In this document: in pieces, positions 1 through 10,609 of the stretch
Position numbering within the stretch: the stretch's first letter is position 1
How the letters are laid out: every line of letters begins with the position of its first letter
Source: Methanobacteriota archaeon
Lineage (GTDB): Archaea; Thermoplasmatota; Poseidoniia; Poseidoniales; Thalassarchaeaceae
DNA length: 64,000 bases
Direction of reading: 5' to 3'
Assembly: GCA_004195615.1 (NCBI GenBank)
Contig: PSPW01000001.1
Coordinates: forward strand, 210,881-274,880
Made by a program: the position numbers and the translations under genes
Notes under the pieces: model-generated
Databases searched by the model: none
The model's input: only the letters and a program-made list of their open reading frames with translations
Told to the model about the DNA's origin: nothing

Positions 1-1993
1 CACTGAGGAGATAGTCTGTGGCCAAGTCAATTGCGGGTGCGAAGCCCAGAACCTGGTTATGCGCAAGAGAGTGGTAAGCCATTGGGCCCTGAATGTTTCC
101 CGGCGGAACTTCAGGGAAATTCCCGTCAAAGTACACAATTGCTGAACCTGATATTGGAGCCTGAGCCACATCAAGATCATAGGGGTGATATGTTGAGTTT
201 GCTAGAACGGGAATCCCCGAAGTTCTTGATGCCCTATCCGCGGAGAGAGTCGTTACCTGGGCGTCATTGATAGAGACCAAGTAGAGAATCTCGAATGGGT
301 GGAGCTCCCCCTCCAAGCCTCCATCCCTGAAGGGAAGGTATGTCTCGGGTTCAGTAGTGTCCCACATTGACTGCATCAATGCCAATAGAATTGAGCGATC
401 CATTGTCGACTCGTATGCCAGAGGTGATGCGAATAGCTCCTCGAACTGGGTGTACTGAGTTGATCTTTCGACGATGAATCCGAAAGATGATCCTGCCACC
501 CAAAGCACGCCGCGATCTATTTCCTGGATTAGTGATAGCATTGAGGGACCTCTAATGCCACCCAATGAAACTCCCATGTAATCAACATCGGAAGTATCTA
601 CAAGATTGGTGCCATTGTGAAAGAATTCTGACAATTCAGAGCATACTCCCTTGATCGTTTTGATCATTGCTAGATGGTTTATCACAGATTGCTGAAGCCT
701 TTCGGACTGGTGCTGAAGATAGTTCACATTCATCAATCCAAAGGTAACTGCATCAAAATCTCCATCCGAACTCCAGCCCTTGAAGTCGGTTCCTATTGTG
801 GCCACTCCCGACTGATTTGCCCATCCCCTAAATCCTGAAACCATGCCCTCTCCATTACCCAAAAAACCATGTCCCAAGACTACTAGTGGGGCAGGTTGTG
901 AATTCTCTGCAGCTGACATCGGAATTGTGAGTGTGAAAACAACTTCGCTGAGGAAGTTAAATTTTGGTTTTCCATCTTCGTCTCGCGTCATTGGAGTTGG
1001 AGGATAAGTGGATTCCAGATAGTGAGGGGTCGTGATGGTTCCGCTGATTCTTCTGAGTGTGGAGTTATCGTTGCCATAGTTCTCATCGACGGAAGTAACG
1101 TTGCAACCTATTCCATCATCTCCCAGACGTTGAATTGCATCGTTTCGCATAGAAATTAGATTCTCCGTCAGTGATTGACTCGAAGCTGTGTGGAACCACC
1201 ATGCTGATTGGAGTGAAGCCCTTTCGAAGCCAACTTCTGAAAGTGCGGAAAACATAGTCTCGTAACCTAGACGAGCGTTCTCAATTTGGTCTGAATCTGT
1301 GGAGATTTCTTCTCTGAGTGCCATGAAAGCGTCAAATGGTTCCACTTCTGCCCCATCTGAATCAATCAAACCTCTGAAAGCAACAGCATACTGTGTGTTG
1401 TGTTCGAGACCTCTTAGAGACCTAATATGGACCAGAGTTGCCTCGCCCTCCTGGGTCCTTGAAGAAATCTCAACCCAGTGTTTGACAATTTCGCCAGAAT
1501 CCATGTTTAGTAAGACACTCCCATGTCCATTTGCTATTGAGGGTGCGATGTTGTCCTGAGACGCCAGACTGGAGATATTGGGAAGGCTACTGAAGGTGGT
1601 AAAAATCTGAGACGAGGGGGAGTGTCCGTCCCTGGAATTAATCATGTGGAATTCTTTGGAAGCAGCTGATGCAGAATCCGGAATGGCCTCTCCGAGGATA
1701 TTTACTCTGAATCCGGTCAATGATGTCGAATCACTCGAAAGAAATGCGGACGATGGGAAGGGAAGCAGACAATGATCTGGGTTTGTATTATCACAGAAGT
1801 TGTTTCCTGGGATGGAGATTTCCTCTTCCTCGATGGCATCGTCCTCGACAATAGAATCAGTAATTTCGCAGGATGAATCGTCTTGACAATCTTCAATTTC
1901 TGAAATCTCTGATACTTCGTCACTTAGGCATCCGGGCAGTATCAAAGAGGCCACTATTAATGCTGCGATAGCTCTTTTCGAGATTCGGTTCAC
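1..1993 (-). CDS. Secreted lipoprotein alpha/beta-hydrolase (lipase/esterase-like); 3' end runs off the window
   Basis: Not in the ORF track because there is no stop in the window. Hand translation from GTG at 1993 gives VNRISKRAIAALIVASLILPGC (lipobox), an acidic linker, CLLPFPS, PLVVLGHGFFG and nucleophile elbow YMGVSLGG (in frame at ~560-580). Candidate Asp (INDAQV) and His (HSLAHN) lie near the C-terminus. Confidence 0.8.
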   Translation of the reverse strand, partial: MNRISKRAIAALIVASLILPGCLSDEVSEISEIEDCQDDSSCEITDSIVEDDAIEEEEISIPGNNFCDNTNPDHCLLPFPSSAFLSSDSTSLTGFRVNILGEAIPDSASAASKEFHMINSRDGHSPSSQIFTTFSSLPNISSLASQDNIAPSIANGHGSVLLNMDSGEIVKHWVEISSRTQEGEATLVHIRSLRGLEHNTQYAVAFRGLIDSDGAEVEPFDAFMALREEISTDSDQIENARLGYETMFSALSEVGFERASLQSAWWFHTASSQSLTENLISMRNDAIQRLGDDGIGCNVTSVDENYGNDNSTLRRISGTITTPHYLESTYPPTPMTRDEDGKPKFNFLSEVVFTLTIPMSAAENSQPAPLVVLGHGFLGNGEGMVSGFRGWANQSGVATIGTDFKGWSSDGDFDAVTFGLMNVNYLQHQSERLQQSVINHLAMIKTIKGVCSELSEFFHNGTNLVDTSDVDYMGVSLGGIRGPSMLSLIQEIDRGVLWVAGSSFGFIVERSTQYTQFEELFASPLAYESTMDRSILLALMQSMWDTTEPETYLPFRDGGLEGELHPFEILYLVSINDAQVTTLSADRASRTSGIPVLANSTYHPYDLDVAQAPISGSAIVYFDGNFPEVPPGNIQGPMAYHSLAHNQVLGFAPAIDLATDYLLS

Positions 1994-2028
1994 ATTATTA
2001 CGAACAGAGGACCGGTTATGAATTGAAT

Positions 2029-3096
2029 CTAAGATGTGAGGATTTGATGAAAGTGATGAACTCCAGTCTCTTTGGTGGGGGAGTACCGTCCCCGATCGTA
2101 AGTTTGAGATGAAACTCCCCTCTGTGTTGTCTCGACGATTTCCTGATCTTCTGATTCGACCTTGTCCAAGTCACCACCGGCCCCCTTTCCGAGCATCCTC
2201 TTGTCCCAGACAAAACCGTGATAGATGATCCTGGTTTGATCAACTGACAAAGGAACTACCAAGTTAACAGAAAGACCCCATGGGTAGAAGTTTAGCATCA
2301 GACCAGGGAATATCCAAAAGTAGTATGCAGCTACACTGAGACCAAAATCAGGAGAATTTTCTGGGATGTCAAATGTAGACTCACCCTCGCTGGCGATTCC
2401 AATTTGGAGAACTCCACCCTCAAAAAGTTCCGTCTGATAATTATCATAGTCCAATGCTCTATTGAGGTCCTTGTGAACGAATGGTATGTGAAAACCCTCC
2501 AGATAGTTGTCAACATATAGCGCCCAGTTTGCTTTGACTTCGTAGCTCCGGTTTCGAGTAGGATCGTATTCAAATGTCTCTATTGGCATCCAACCAACTC
2601 TTTTTTCCATCTCATCTAGGCATGATTTCAGATTTGAAGGTTCGACTCCCGTGAATATGAGTCCCTTCCAACTGAGAGTTGGGAAATTCCTCAAGTCATC
2701 TAGTTCACTGGGAAAATCTTCTACTCCATCGAATTCTGGCATTGATCTCAACACCCCATCAAGATCGAAGGTTCGACCGTGGTAGGGACACTGAATGGCG
2801 TTCTTAGAACAGGTTCCATCGACGACCAGCATCCCCCGATGGGTACAGACATTCGAAAGGCATCTAATTTCTCCATCCATCGTCATAATCATCGGCTCGT
2901 CAATTAAGTTCTCCATATGGCTCAATTCAATTGTGGAGAAATTGGCGAGTTGGCTTTTATGTGCCGCGAAATGCCATAATTTCCTAAATCCGAGTTTCAG
3001 TTCTACGAATCTGTCGGGATCAACATAGTATGAAGATGGAAGGGTTCGAGCCTTCCTGATGTCTGAATCAATGAGGGTGGACAAGGTTAGCGCCAA
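2029..3096 (-). CDS. Rieske non-heme iron oxygenase alpha subunit (choline monooxygenase-like)
   Basis: Rieske motif CTHRG...CPYHG; mononuclear Fe site DNYLEGFHIPFVH and C-terminal ESEDQEIVE. Confidence 0.9.
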   Translation of the reverse strand: MALTLSTLIDSDIRKARTLPSSYYVDPDRFVELKLGFRKLWHFAAHKSQLANFSTIELSHMENLIDEPMIMTMDGEIRCLSNVCTHRGMLVVDGTCSKNAIQCPYHGRTFDLDGVLRSMPEFDGVEDFPSELDDLRNFPTLSWKGLIFTGVEPSNLKSCLDEMEKRVGWMPIETFEYDPTRNRSYEVKANWALYVDNYLEGFHIPFVHKDLNRALDYDNYQTELFEGGVLQIGIASEGESTFDIPENSPDFGLSVAAYYFWIFPGLMLNFYPWGLSVNLVVPLSVDQTRIIYHGFVWDKRMLGKGAGGDLDKVESEDQEIVETTQRGVSSQTYDRGRYSPTKETGVHHFHQILTS

Positions 3097-3102
3097 TCAC
3101 CC

Positions 3103-3600
3103 CTAGACGCAATCCGATGTAGCCATTTCGACGTTTGACATGTATTCTGCGAAGCTCTGAACTCGCGCTTTGTTGACACCGAGATCGGAAACTCCTAGAC
3201 GTGATTTTGAGTATACATGAAGCACTGTTTTGCCATCTTCGCAGAAGCCCCTGACTACGAAATCATCTGGAAATCGGAACATGAGTGTTCGGAAAACAGA
3301 GTGTGTTTGTTCGGACCAGTCACCAATTACACTGGTCCCAGACTGGGAGTCAATCCAGGTTCTTACCTCGTCCATTACATCTTCAAGACTGGAATTGAGT
3401 CTCAATTCAGTGAGGTTTCCACTCCTGTAAGTGTTAGGACCTATTATTGAGCAATTTAGCGAATCATCGGAGCACCTTTCAGGAAAGGCATCGGGTTCGA
3501 TTACTTCATCCGGTGCTGCAATTTGAATGGAAATAATGGAGATCAAATATACCGATACAATACCCAATACGAACAATGGTAGTCTGCTTTGCTTGGTCAC
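3103..3600 (-). CDS. DUF1499-family membrane-anchored protein
   Basis: N-terminal TM segment, CSDDSLNCS, FRFPDDF and SKSRLGVSDLGVNKARV motifs. Confidence 0.8.
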   Translation of the reverse strand: MTKQSRLPLFVLGIVSVYLISIISIQIAAPDEVIEPDAFPERCSDDSLNCSIIGPNTYRSGNLTELRLNSSLEDVMDEVRTWIDSQSGTSVIGDWSEQTHSVFRTLMFRFPDDFVVRGFCEDGKTVLHVYSKSRLGVSDLGVNKARVQSFAEYMSNVEMATSDCV

Positions 3601-4097
3601 GAGTCCCCCTCGGCGACAATAACTCTAGATGCCCTAAGGACACGATCATGCATCCTGTAACCGCTCTCTATTACCTCTATGACGCTACCCGGTTCCTCTC
3701 CTTCCGGGCAGGGGACGGTTGCTATTGCCTCCATGCAAGTAGGATCGAATTTCTTACCTAGAGTTTCAATCTGGGAGATTCCCTCGGCTTCTAGGGATGA
3801 CTTGATTCCGTCTAGGGTTAGTTTTACGCCCTCGATTATGGACTCTAATCCATCTCCTCCCTCTGATGCATCGACTGCCTTGGATAGGTGATCGATGGTT
3901 GGAATAAGTCTCCTTGCGAGAGAAGCGCCGCCATACTTCAGGGCTTCTGACCTATCTCTGGCTGCCCTCTGAATGACGTTTGCAGTCTCCGCCTTAGCAT
4001 ACTGAATCTCCTTTTCTAGTTCAGAAACTCTTGATTCAAGGTCGTGCTCCTCTGGAACAGAAATCTCTTTTTCGTCGTCCGGCATCTCTTCCTTCAC
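3597..4097 (-). CDS. grpE: Nucleotide exchange factor GrpE
   Basis: Coiled coil, GKKFDPTCMEA, ESGYRMHDRVLRASRVIV. Confidence 0.95.
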   Translation of the reverse strand: MKEEMPDDEKEISVPEEHDLESRVSELEKEIQYAKAETANVIQRAARDRSEALKYGGASLARRLIPTIDHLSKAVDASEGGDGLESIIEGVKLTLDGIKSSLEAEGISQIETLGKKFDPTCMEAIATVPCPEGEEPGSVIEVIESGYRMHDRVLRASRVIVAEGDS

Positions 4098-4140
4098 GTC
4101 AATGGGCTGGAATGCCCCCTCAAGAATCCAATGGTCGATT

Positions 4141-5910
4141 CTAGTCTGAGTAGAAGTATTCGCCGGATGACTTCTGTTCGCGGTCCTTCCTACTCGAGGG
4201 TTTGTTTATCCTTGGCCTATGAGACTCTACGTCCCTTCGGAAGGTAACATCGGCATCAGAAAGGAACAGGTTCATCCCCTTTCGGAGGGAGAGGGGGCCC
4301 ACTGCTTGGCCATGGCTGCCACCCTCACCCTGGAAAACAAGTAATGAATCGCTGACAATATCTAGGAAATATGTGTCGTGATCAATCACCATTGCAGCCT
4401 TCTCATTGCTTTCCATTGTTCTTCTGATGGCCTTTGCTGCCTCCATCCGAGCGTCTGCGTCGAGATGTGCACTTGGTTCGTCAAATAAGTACAAATCTGC
4501 CTCCTTACCTAGGCATATCGCTATGCTAACAGCTTGAAGTTCTCCCCCGGAAAGTTTCGTAGCATGCAAATCCAGCATCTTGTCAACTTGGAGTGCACGA
4601 GTAACTTGAGTATGGAACACCCCCCCACGCCATTTACTTCCTAGCTCTGAATCAAGCCATTCTTGCACCGTCCCTTCGAAATCAGTTCTAACATGCTGAG
4701 GTTTGTATGAGACCTTGGCATCCATTGTGCACCATCCCTCATCAGGGTCCATCTCACCTGCAATGATTTTGACCAGCGTTGTCTTTCCCGTTGCATTCGG
4801 CCCTACTACGCCCACAACTTCGGCTGATTTCACTTCGCCTTCACCGGTCTTCAGGTTGAAGTCACCCAGGGTTTTCTCTATCGACCCCCATTTTAGTACG
4901 GGAGCTCCTGCCCCCTCGCCACGTGTGCGCCCTCTCAGGAATCGAATTGGCTTGTCTCTAATCCGGACATTCTCCTCGGGTAGGAAACCATCCAAGTAGG
5001 CATTGATTGCAGTCCTGGTTGACCTAGGTGGGGTGAAGATTCCGTAAGCTGATCGCTCCCCATATATTACGTGGACTAAGTCGCATAGTACATCCAGTAT
5101 TGCCAAGTCGTGCTCAACAACAAGCACTCTCTTTCCTCTCTCAGCCATATCCCTGACCACTCTCACCATCCTCATCCTCTCATATATGTCCAAGTAGGAA
5201 GATGGCTCATCGAAGAAGTATACATCTGCTTCCTTTAGGAGGGTGGCACAGATGGCAACCCTCTGTAATTCTCCACCAGATAGAGCGTCTAACTTTCTAT
5301 CTAGGATATGGGAGATGCCCAAAAGTTCGGAGTACTTCACAATCTCATTTCGATCGTCAACTCGATCCAGCAGTTCGTTGACTTCACCTTCGAAAATCTT
5401 AGGAAGCCTATCGATGTACTGCGGCTTCACTGCTATGCTAACTTCCCCCTCAGACACCAGCCCAAGATAGTCCCTCAATTCTCCTCTTGGAAATGTGGTG
5501 ATGACTTGCTCCCAATCGGGAAAAGGATTTTCCCAGTCTCCAAGATTGGGTCTGAATGTACCTGAAAGGAGGTTGATTGCGGTTGACTTGCCAATACCAT
5601 TCTGCCCAAGAATCCCGACAATCTGGTCTTGACGAGGGGAGGGGAGTCTGAAGAGTCTGAAAGAGTTCTCTCCGTAGGAGTGAGTCAGATCGGTATCGAG
5701 TTCCTCGGGGAGATTGATGATTTTTACTGCTCCATCCGGGCAGTGCTTTGCCCTCGTGAAGCAAACTGGGCAGGCTGTCTCAAGAATCTTACATTTCGAT
5801 CCCTCTACTTGTATGCACTCCCTATCGCACATTGCGGAGTACTTCTTCAGATAAGCGAATGCATTGCTGTTGGGCTTGCAGCGTTCCTCCAATAGAACTG
5901 CCACCCTCAT
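4141..5910 (-). CDS. rli: Ribosome recycling ATPase ABCE1/Rli1 with an atypical Fe-S domain
   Basis: Two ABC domains ([15 protein letters not shown] twice, FDEPS), [13 protein letters not shown]...[19 protein letters not shown]. Confidence 0.97.
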   Translation of the reverse strand: MRVAVLLEERCKPNSNAFAYLKKYSAMCDRECIQVEGSKCKILETACPVCFTRAKHCPDGAVKIINLPEELDTDLTHSYGENSFRLFRLPSPRQDQIVGILGQNGIGKSTAINLLSGTFRPNLGDWENPFPDWEQVITTFPRGELRDYLGLVSEGEVSIAVKPQYIDRLPKIFEGEVNELLDRVDDRNEIVKYSELLGISHILDRKLDALSGGELQRVAICATLLKEADVYFFDEPSSYLDIYERMRMVRVVRDMAERGKRVLVVEHDLAILDVLCDLVHVIYGERSAYGIFTPPRSTRTAINAYLDGFLPEENVRIRDKPIRFLRGRTRGEGAGAPVLKWGSIEKTLGDFNLKTGEGEVKSAEVVGVVGPNATGKTTLVKIIAGEMDPDEGWCTMDAKVSYKPQHVRTDFEGTVQEWLDSELGSKWRGGVFHTQVTRALQVDKMLDLHATKLSGGELQAVSIAICLGKEADLYLFDEPSAHLDADARMEAAKAIRRTMESNEKAAMVIDHDTYFLDIVSDSLLVFQGEGGSHGQAVGPLSLRKGMNLFLSDADVTFRRDVESHRPRINKPSSRKDREQKSSGEYFYSD

Positions 5911-5976
5911 GCCTAACCCTCTTTACCATTGACTAATACATCTTCCATGCGTTAGATGACACAAACTCGTTTGCCG

Positions 5977-7227
5977 TCAGAATCCGAAGAATCGATGCCT
6001 CACGTACACGTATCCAGCAAGCAGAATCTTCTCGGTTTTGGATAGTTGTATTCTCTCCGTAATAACATCACCATTCTTTTTGGAGATCTTAGTCATAATT
6101 GACTGGTAGAATGAGGCCATCGCAGCGGGAGAATATCGAGCTGACTTATCCAAGTGAGAGAAGAGTTTGAATGCTCGTTGCCGATAGTCATCGGCCCTTT
6201 CCAAGTATTCCTTCACAAACGGTGTCCAACCAGGATGGTTGAGCAAATCCACCCCACTCTTGACGTCATCCTCCGATATCCCCCATCGTGCCAGATCTTC
6301 CATGGGCAGGTAAATCCGATCTCTCTGAGCATCCTCTGAGACATCTCTGATGATGTTGATTAGTTGCATGAAGACTCCCCAAGACTCGGCGTACTCCTTC
6401 GCTTTGGGATCGTCGTATCCGTATATCTCGATACATACGAGGCCGACTGTAGAAGCGACTCGGTAGCAGTACGAGTATAGCTCTTCGAAGGTCTGATATC
6501 GGTTCTTGTGGAAGTCGTTCTCCATCCCACTGATCATGTCGTCTAGCAATTGCCTCTGAATTCCGTATTTTCTTACAGTGTCCTTGAGGGCAATAAAAAT
6601 TGGATCGGTTGATGTGAAACCACCATATGCAGTTGAGAGTTTCTTTCGATAGTAAAACAATTGGGACATCTTGTCGTTGTATGTAGATCTGTCTAGAACT
6701 GGTCCACTGAGGCTCAGTCTTTCAATGTCCGACCTGTAACTTACAGATTCTGGATCATCTGAGGAACCTCCTGGGAAGACATCTACAAAATCGCCATCGG
6801 CAATATCGTCTGCCCTACGGCAAAATGCGTAATACGCCATTATTGAACGGCGCTTCTCTTCTGGTAGGTACTTGAAAGAGTGATAGAAATTTCCTGCTTC
6901 CCTGCGAGTGAGTTCCTCGCAGAATTCGTATGATGTCTCGATCATGTGTTCGGGAACTTCTGGCTCGGTCCAGATGGCAGCGTCAATGTGCTTGAATGGG
7001 TCCAGCAATTCCCCCCTAGATCCGATAACCCCCATGAAGAGGGCGCTTTCTCGGACTGCCTCTAGGGCTGTAATGCTGATTGCTCTAGCAGCCTCCTTGG
7101 TGATATCAACTGCAGCTCTGACGATGTCTATCTGCTCTTCATTATGGCCTAAGGGTTCTGAATTGACGGATTCGTCGAGCTCCGCATCGAAGATGATCTC
7201 GCTGTCAGATTCGGTACCCTGGGCCAT
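5977..7227 (-). CDS. Phytoene/presqualene-diphosphate synthase family (CrtB/HpnD-like) with ~95-aa acidic N-terminal extension
   Basis: AGNFYHSF, YAFCRRADDIAD, YCYRVASTVG, QLINIIRDVSED..RDRIYLP. Confidence 0.9.
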   Translation of the reverse strand: MAQGTESDSEIIFDAELDESVNSEPLGHNEEQIDIVRAAVDITKEAARAISITALEAVRESALFMGVIGSRGELLDPFKHIDAAIWTEPEVPEHMIETSYEFCEELTRREAGNFYHSFKYLPEEKRRSIMAYYAFCRRADDIADGDFVDVFPGGSSDDPESVSYRSDIERLSLSGPVLDRSTYNDKMSQLFYYRKKLSTAYGGFTSTDPIFIALKDTVRKYGIQRQLLDDMISGMENDFHKNRYQTFEELYSYCYRVASTVGLVCIEIYGYDDPKAKEYAESWGVFMQLINIIRDVSEDAQRDRIYLPMEDLARWGISEDDVKSGVDLLNHPGWTPFVKEYLERADDYRQRAFKLFSHLDKSARYSPAAMASFYQSIMTKISKKNGDVITERIQLSKTEKILLAGYVYVRHRFFGF

Positions 7228-7335
7228 GTAGTTTCATAATTGGGCGGAGTCTTGGTCCACTTGAATGTCTCCCGAATGAGACTGTGTGTTGCATCGTTAG
7301 TTACGACGGGAGAAAATTGGCGGCCTTCTGCTCCC

Positions 7336-8337
7336 TCACTCTCTTAGAATCTTCTTGCTATATCCTTTGAATGGGACTGCTAAAACCACCTTCTTGACGA
7401 CATCGCTGATTTCAGATCTGTCAATCTTGATCCTGTTGCTAGGATCAAGTACATTTTTTCCTCTCAGAATAGAAACTGTCCTCTTTCCAATAATTACTGG
7501 CAGCATGCAAGCACCCCTGAGACGGAACTGCGAATGGGGCAACATCTCGATGTACTGGATAGCTGAAGTCAGATATTTGTCAGTCAAATCCAGATATTCA
7601 TTGTACAGGGGTCTGAATACATCCATGCTAGACGGTTCCAGTAGATCTTTCGGAGTTATTCCATGTTCTGCTAGTCTTCTACTTGGAATGTAGCACCTCC
7701 CCAATGACAAATCTGCTGGGATGTCTCTCAGGATGTTGATCATCTGAAGAGCCTTGCCGAATCTGACGCCCTTCTCAAAGAGCTCGGACTCTTTGTTTTC
7801 CTCTTTGAGGCTGAATAGGTGGTCGAGGGACATCCTAGTCCAGAATTCTCCAACGCTGCCAGCTACTCGATAGGCGTAATCATCCAGTTCTTCATCCCCC
7901 TCTAATGACAATATTGAGCTTTCAACGGACGAGAATCGCTGTAAGTCGAGAATCTGCCCGCCGATGATAATCCCTAGGCAAAGACGAATTGCTGTCTGAT
8001 CCGATTCCGAGAAGTCTCCAATCTTGGATACGATTTCTTCTACTTTCTTTAGAAGTGAGGCTTCTGATTTGTTGCCTTGTGATTCTGCTATCGAAGTCAG
8101 ATCTGGTGATCTGTCGGTTAACCCCTGTGAGAATTCATTGTATGACTCGAGTGCCTCCAAGAGTTCATCCGGCACTCCTGCTTCTGAGTCGGCGATTGTG
8201 TCCGAGGTTCTTGCTAACATATACAGAAGGCTAACCTGGGGCCTAATCGCCCTGGGTAGCTCCTTGAGCGAGAGATAGAATGAGCGAGAGGTCCTCTCCA
8301 ATATCGAGTCCAACTCCGAGTTGAAGATGCCCGACAT
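7336..8337 (-). CDS. Squalene synthase-like farnesyl-diphosphate farnesyltransferase
   Basis: LERTSRSF, ARTSDTIAD, YAYRVAGSVGEFWT, FGKALQMINILRD...GRCYIP. Confidence 0.85.
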   Translation of the reverse strand: MSGIFNSELDSILERTSRSFYLSLKELPRAIRPQVSLLYMLARTSDTIADSEAGVPDELLEALESYNEFSQGLTDRSPDLTSIAESQGNKSEASLLKKVEEIVSKIGDFSESDQTAIRLCLGIIIGGQILDLQRFSSVESSILSLEGDEELDDYAYRVAGSVGEFWTRMSLDHLFSLKEENKESELFEKGVRFGKALQMINILRDIPADLSLGRCYIPSRRLAEHGITPKDLLEPSSMDVFRPLYNEYLDLTDKYLTSAIQYIEMLPHSQFRLRGACMLPVIIGKRTVSILRGKNVLDPSNRIKIDRSEISDVVKKVVLAVPFKGYSKKILRE

Positions 8338-8372
8338 GGATACCAACTAAGTCTCGCTGAGCGTCCCTGTTC

Positions 8373-9302
8373 CTAAGACTCTCGCAGGCCCGCTTCAACC
8401 AATGCTGATACCAGTGCCTCGCCAATCTTTGATGGATCGCGAGCGATGTGAATGCCAGCATCCTCGAATGCCGCGAACTTCTCCTCTGCCGTACCCTTTC
8501 CTCCTGAAATGATTGCCCCTGCATGGCCCATCCTCTTCCCGGGTGGAGCAGTGGCTCCGGCTACGAATCCAACAATTGGCTTGGAGAAGTTATCCTTAGA
8601 CCATTCTGCTGCTTCCTCTTCCGCCGTACCACCTATCTCGCCGATTATTACAACTGCCTTGGTATCGGGATCTTTCTGGAATGCTTCAAGGCAGTCGATA
8701 AATCCGGTCCCGTTAACTGGATCGCCTCCGATTCCGACGCAGGTTGTTTGGCCTTCTCCTACACTCATGGTTTGCGCGACAGCCTCGTAAGTCAGAGTGC
8801 CAGACTTGGAAATGATGCCGATCCTGCCTTTGGCATGGATGTAACCGGGCATGATTCCTATCTTGCAACCGCCCTCGTCACTGGGGGAGATGATTCCGGG
8901 ACAATTAGGGCCTATTAGCCTCACACCCTGTCTTTTTTCCAAATGAGATACGACCTTCATCATGTCTAGAGTTGGAATTCCCTCGGTGATGCAGACTATT
9001 AGTCCGCCTCCATTTAATTCGTAGAATGAGTCTGCAGCCTCAATTATTGCTGGAGCCGCGAATCGGGCTGGCACGTAGATCACACTCGCCTCGGCCCCAG
9101 TCGAGGAAATTGCTTCTGACATCGTATCGAAAACTGGAACTGACCTCCCGGGCAGCTCTACAATCTGTCCTCCCTTGCCAGGAGTCACGCCACCAACAAT
9201 GTCGGTCCCGTATTCGACCATTCGAGTTCCATGGAATGTTCCCTGGCTACCGGTGATTCCCTGTACCAGAACCTTGGTCTCCTCATTTATCCAAATGCTC
9301 AT
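8373..9302 (-). CDS. sucD: Succinyl-CoA synthetase alpha subunit
   Basis: [31 protein letters not shown]. Confidence 0.97.
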   Translation of the reverse strand: MSIWINEETKVLVQGITGSQGTFHGTRMVEYGTDIVGGVTPGKGGQIVELPGRSVPVFDTMSEAISSTGAEASVIYVPARFAAPAIIEAADSFYELNGGGLIVCITEGIPTLDMMKVVSHLEKRQGVRLIGPNCPGIISPSDEGGCKIGIMPGYIHAKGRIGIISKSGTLTYEAVAQTMSVGEGQTTCVGIGGDPVNGTGFIDCLEAFQKDPDTKAVVIIGEIGGTAEEEAAEWSKDNFSKPIVGFVAGATAPPGKRMGHAGAIISGGKGTAEEKFAAFEDAGIHIARDPSKIGEALVSALVEAGLRES

Positions 9303-10510
9303 GACGACCCCCCTCCAATCGTGTTGACTATTGCTTCACCCGCGTCCCCAAGTGTGCTAACAGTGATTACATCGAGATCTGAGTCTTCCAGAACCTTCCT
9401 GCCTTCCTCGTGATTTGTGCCCGAGAACCTGACTACCAGGGGAATCTGTAGGCCAGTCTCCTCCGAGGCTTCGATAATGCTCCTAGCAACCATGTCGCAT
9501 CTGATTATCCCCCCGAATATGTTGACCAGGATTCCTTCTAAACGAGGATCCTCCAGTATTATCCCGAATGCTGCAATGATAGATTCGCTATCAGCACCAC
9601 CTCCGATATCGAGGAAATTTGCTGGTTCTCCTCCGTACAACTTGATCACATCCATTGTAGCCATTGCCAAACCAGCACCATTGACCAAGCAACCGATGTT
9701 GCCCTCCAAATCGACATATGATAGACTATGTTCATGCGCTCTTACTTCCACATCTGACTCTTCTGAGATGTCCCGGAGATCGTCCCACCATGGATGCCTG
9801 AATGCGGCATTGTCATCGAAACTGACCTTGGCATCCAAGGCCACCATAGACCCCTCTCCAGTTCTGACAAGCGGATTAATTTCGATCATCGAACAATCCT
9901 TTTCGACGAACAAAGATGACAGGTTTCCAATCATTTCCAAGAATGAGCGGTGAGAAGCCTCCGATAGCCCCAGAGAGGATGCAAGAGCACCAGCGACCTC
10001 TTCATCCAGGCCCTCCGATGGATCGAACCATGCTTTGTGGATAGCTTCGGGCGAAGTCTCCGCGACCTCTTCTATATCCACGCCACCCTCGGTTGATCCC
10101 ATGATTAGAATGGAGTCCCTCTCCCTGTCCACAAGCAATGCCAGATAGTACTCGTGAGCAATGTCACAACCTGCTTCCACATACAAGTTGCTGACCATCT
10201 TCCCGGAAGGACCGGTCTGCTTGGTAACAAGCCTGTGACCTAGGATATTTGAGGCGAAATCTCTGACTTCGTCCCTGGATAAGGCCACCTTCACCCCTCC
10301 CTGCATTACCAAGTCTCCAGAGTCAGGGCAGAACAAGTCCCCCTTGCCCCGCCCTCCGGCATGGATCTGGCTTTTTACTGCGACAACATCTGAGCCAAGG
10401 GAGTCGTAGGCAGATAGTGCCTGATCGACGGTCGTACAGTGAAATCCCTGCTGTACTAACACGCCTGACTCCCTGAACATGGCCTTTGCCTGGTACTCGT
10501 GAATATTCAT
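9299..10510 (-). CDS. sucC: Succinyl-CoA synthetase beta subunit
   Basis: [50 protein letters not shown] overlap with sucD. Confidence 0.97.
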   Translation of the reverse strand: MNIHEYQAKAMFRESGVLVQQGFHCTTVDQALSAYDSLGSDVVAVKSQIHAGGRGKGDLFCPDSGDLVMQGGVKVALSRDEVRDFASNILGHRLVTKQTGPSGKMVSNLYVEAGCDIAHEYYLALLVDRERDSILIMGSTEGGVDIEEVAETSPEAIHKAWFDPSEGLDEEVAGALASSLGLSEASHRSFLEMIGNLSSLFVEKDCSMIEINPLVRTGEGSMVALDAKVSFDDNAAFRHPWWDDLRDISEESDVEVRAHEHSLSYVDLEGNIGCLVNGAGLAMATMDVIKLYGGEPANFLDIGGGADSESIIAAFGIILEDPRLEGILVNIFGGIIRCDMVARSIIEASEETGLQIPLVVRFSGTNHEEGRKVLEDSDLDVITVSTLGDAGEAIVNTIGGGSS

Positions 10511-10609
10511 TGGCCGCCCCAACCGAGGTGTGCCCTTGAAGGATGCGGCAGCACATTTTCCGAAGAAAAATCGCGAAGCGATGAAAGGCAGGATGGTGCT
10601 GGGAGTGAC

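Noticed and set aside
7260..7315. Short inverted repeats (TCTCCCG/CGGGAGA) between the two prenyl synthase genes
   Set aside because: Only 7 bp with a long spacer, which is compatible with chance.
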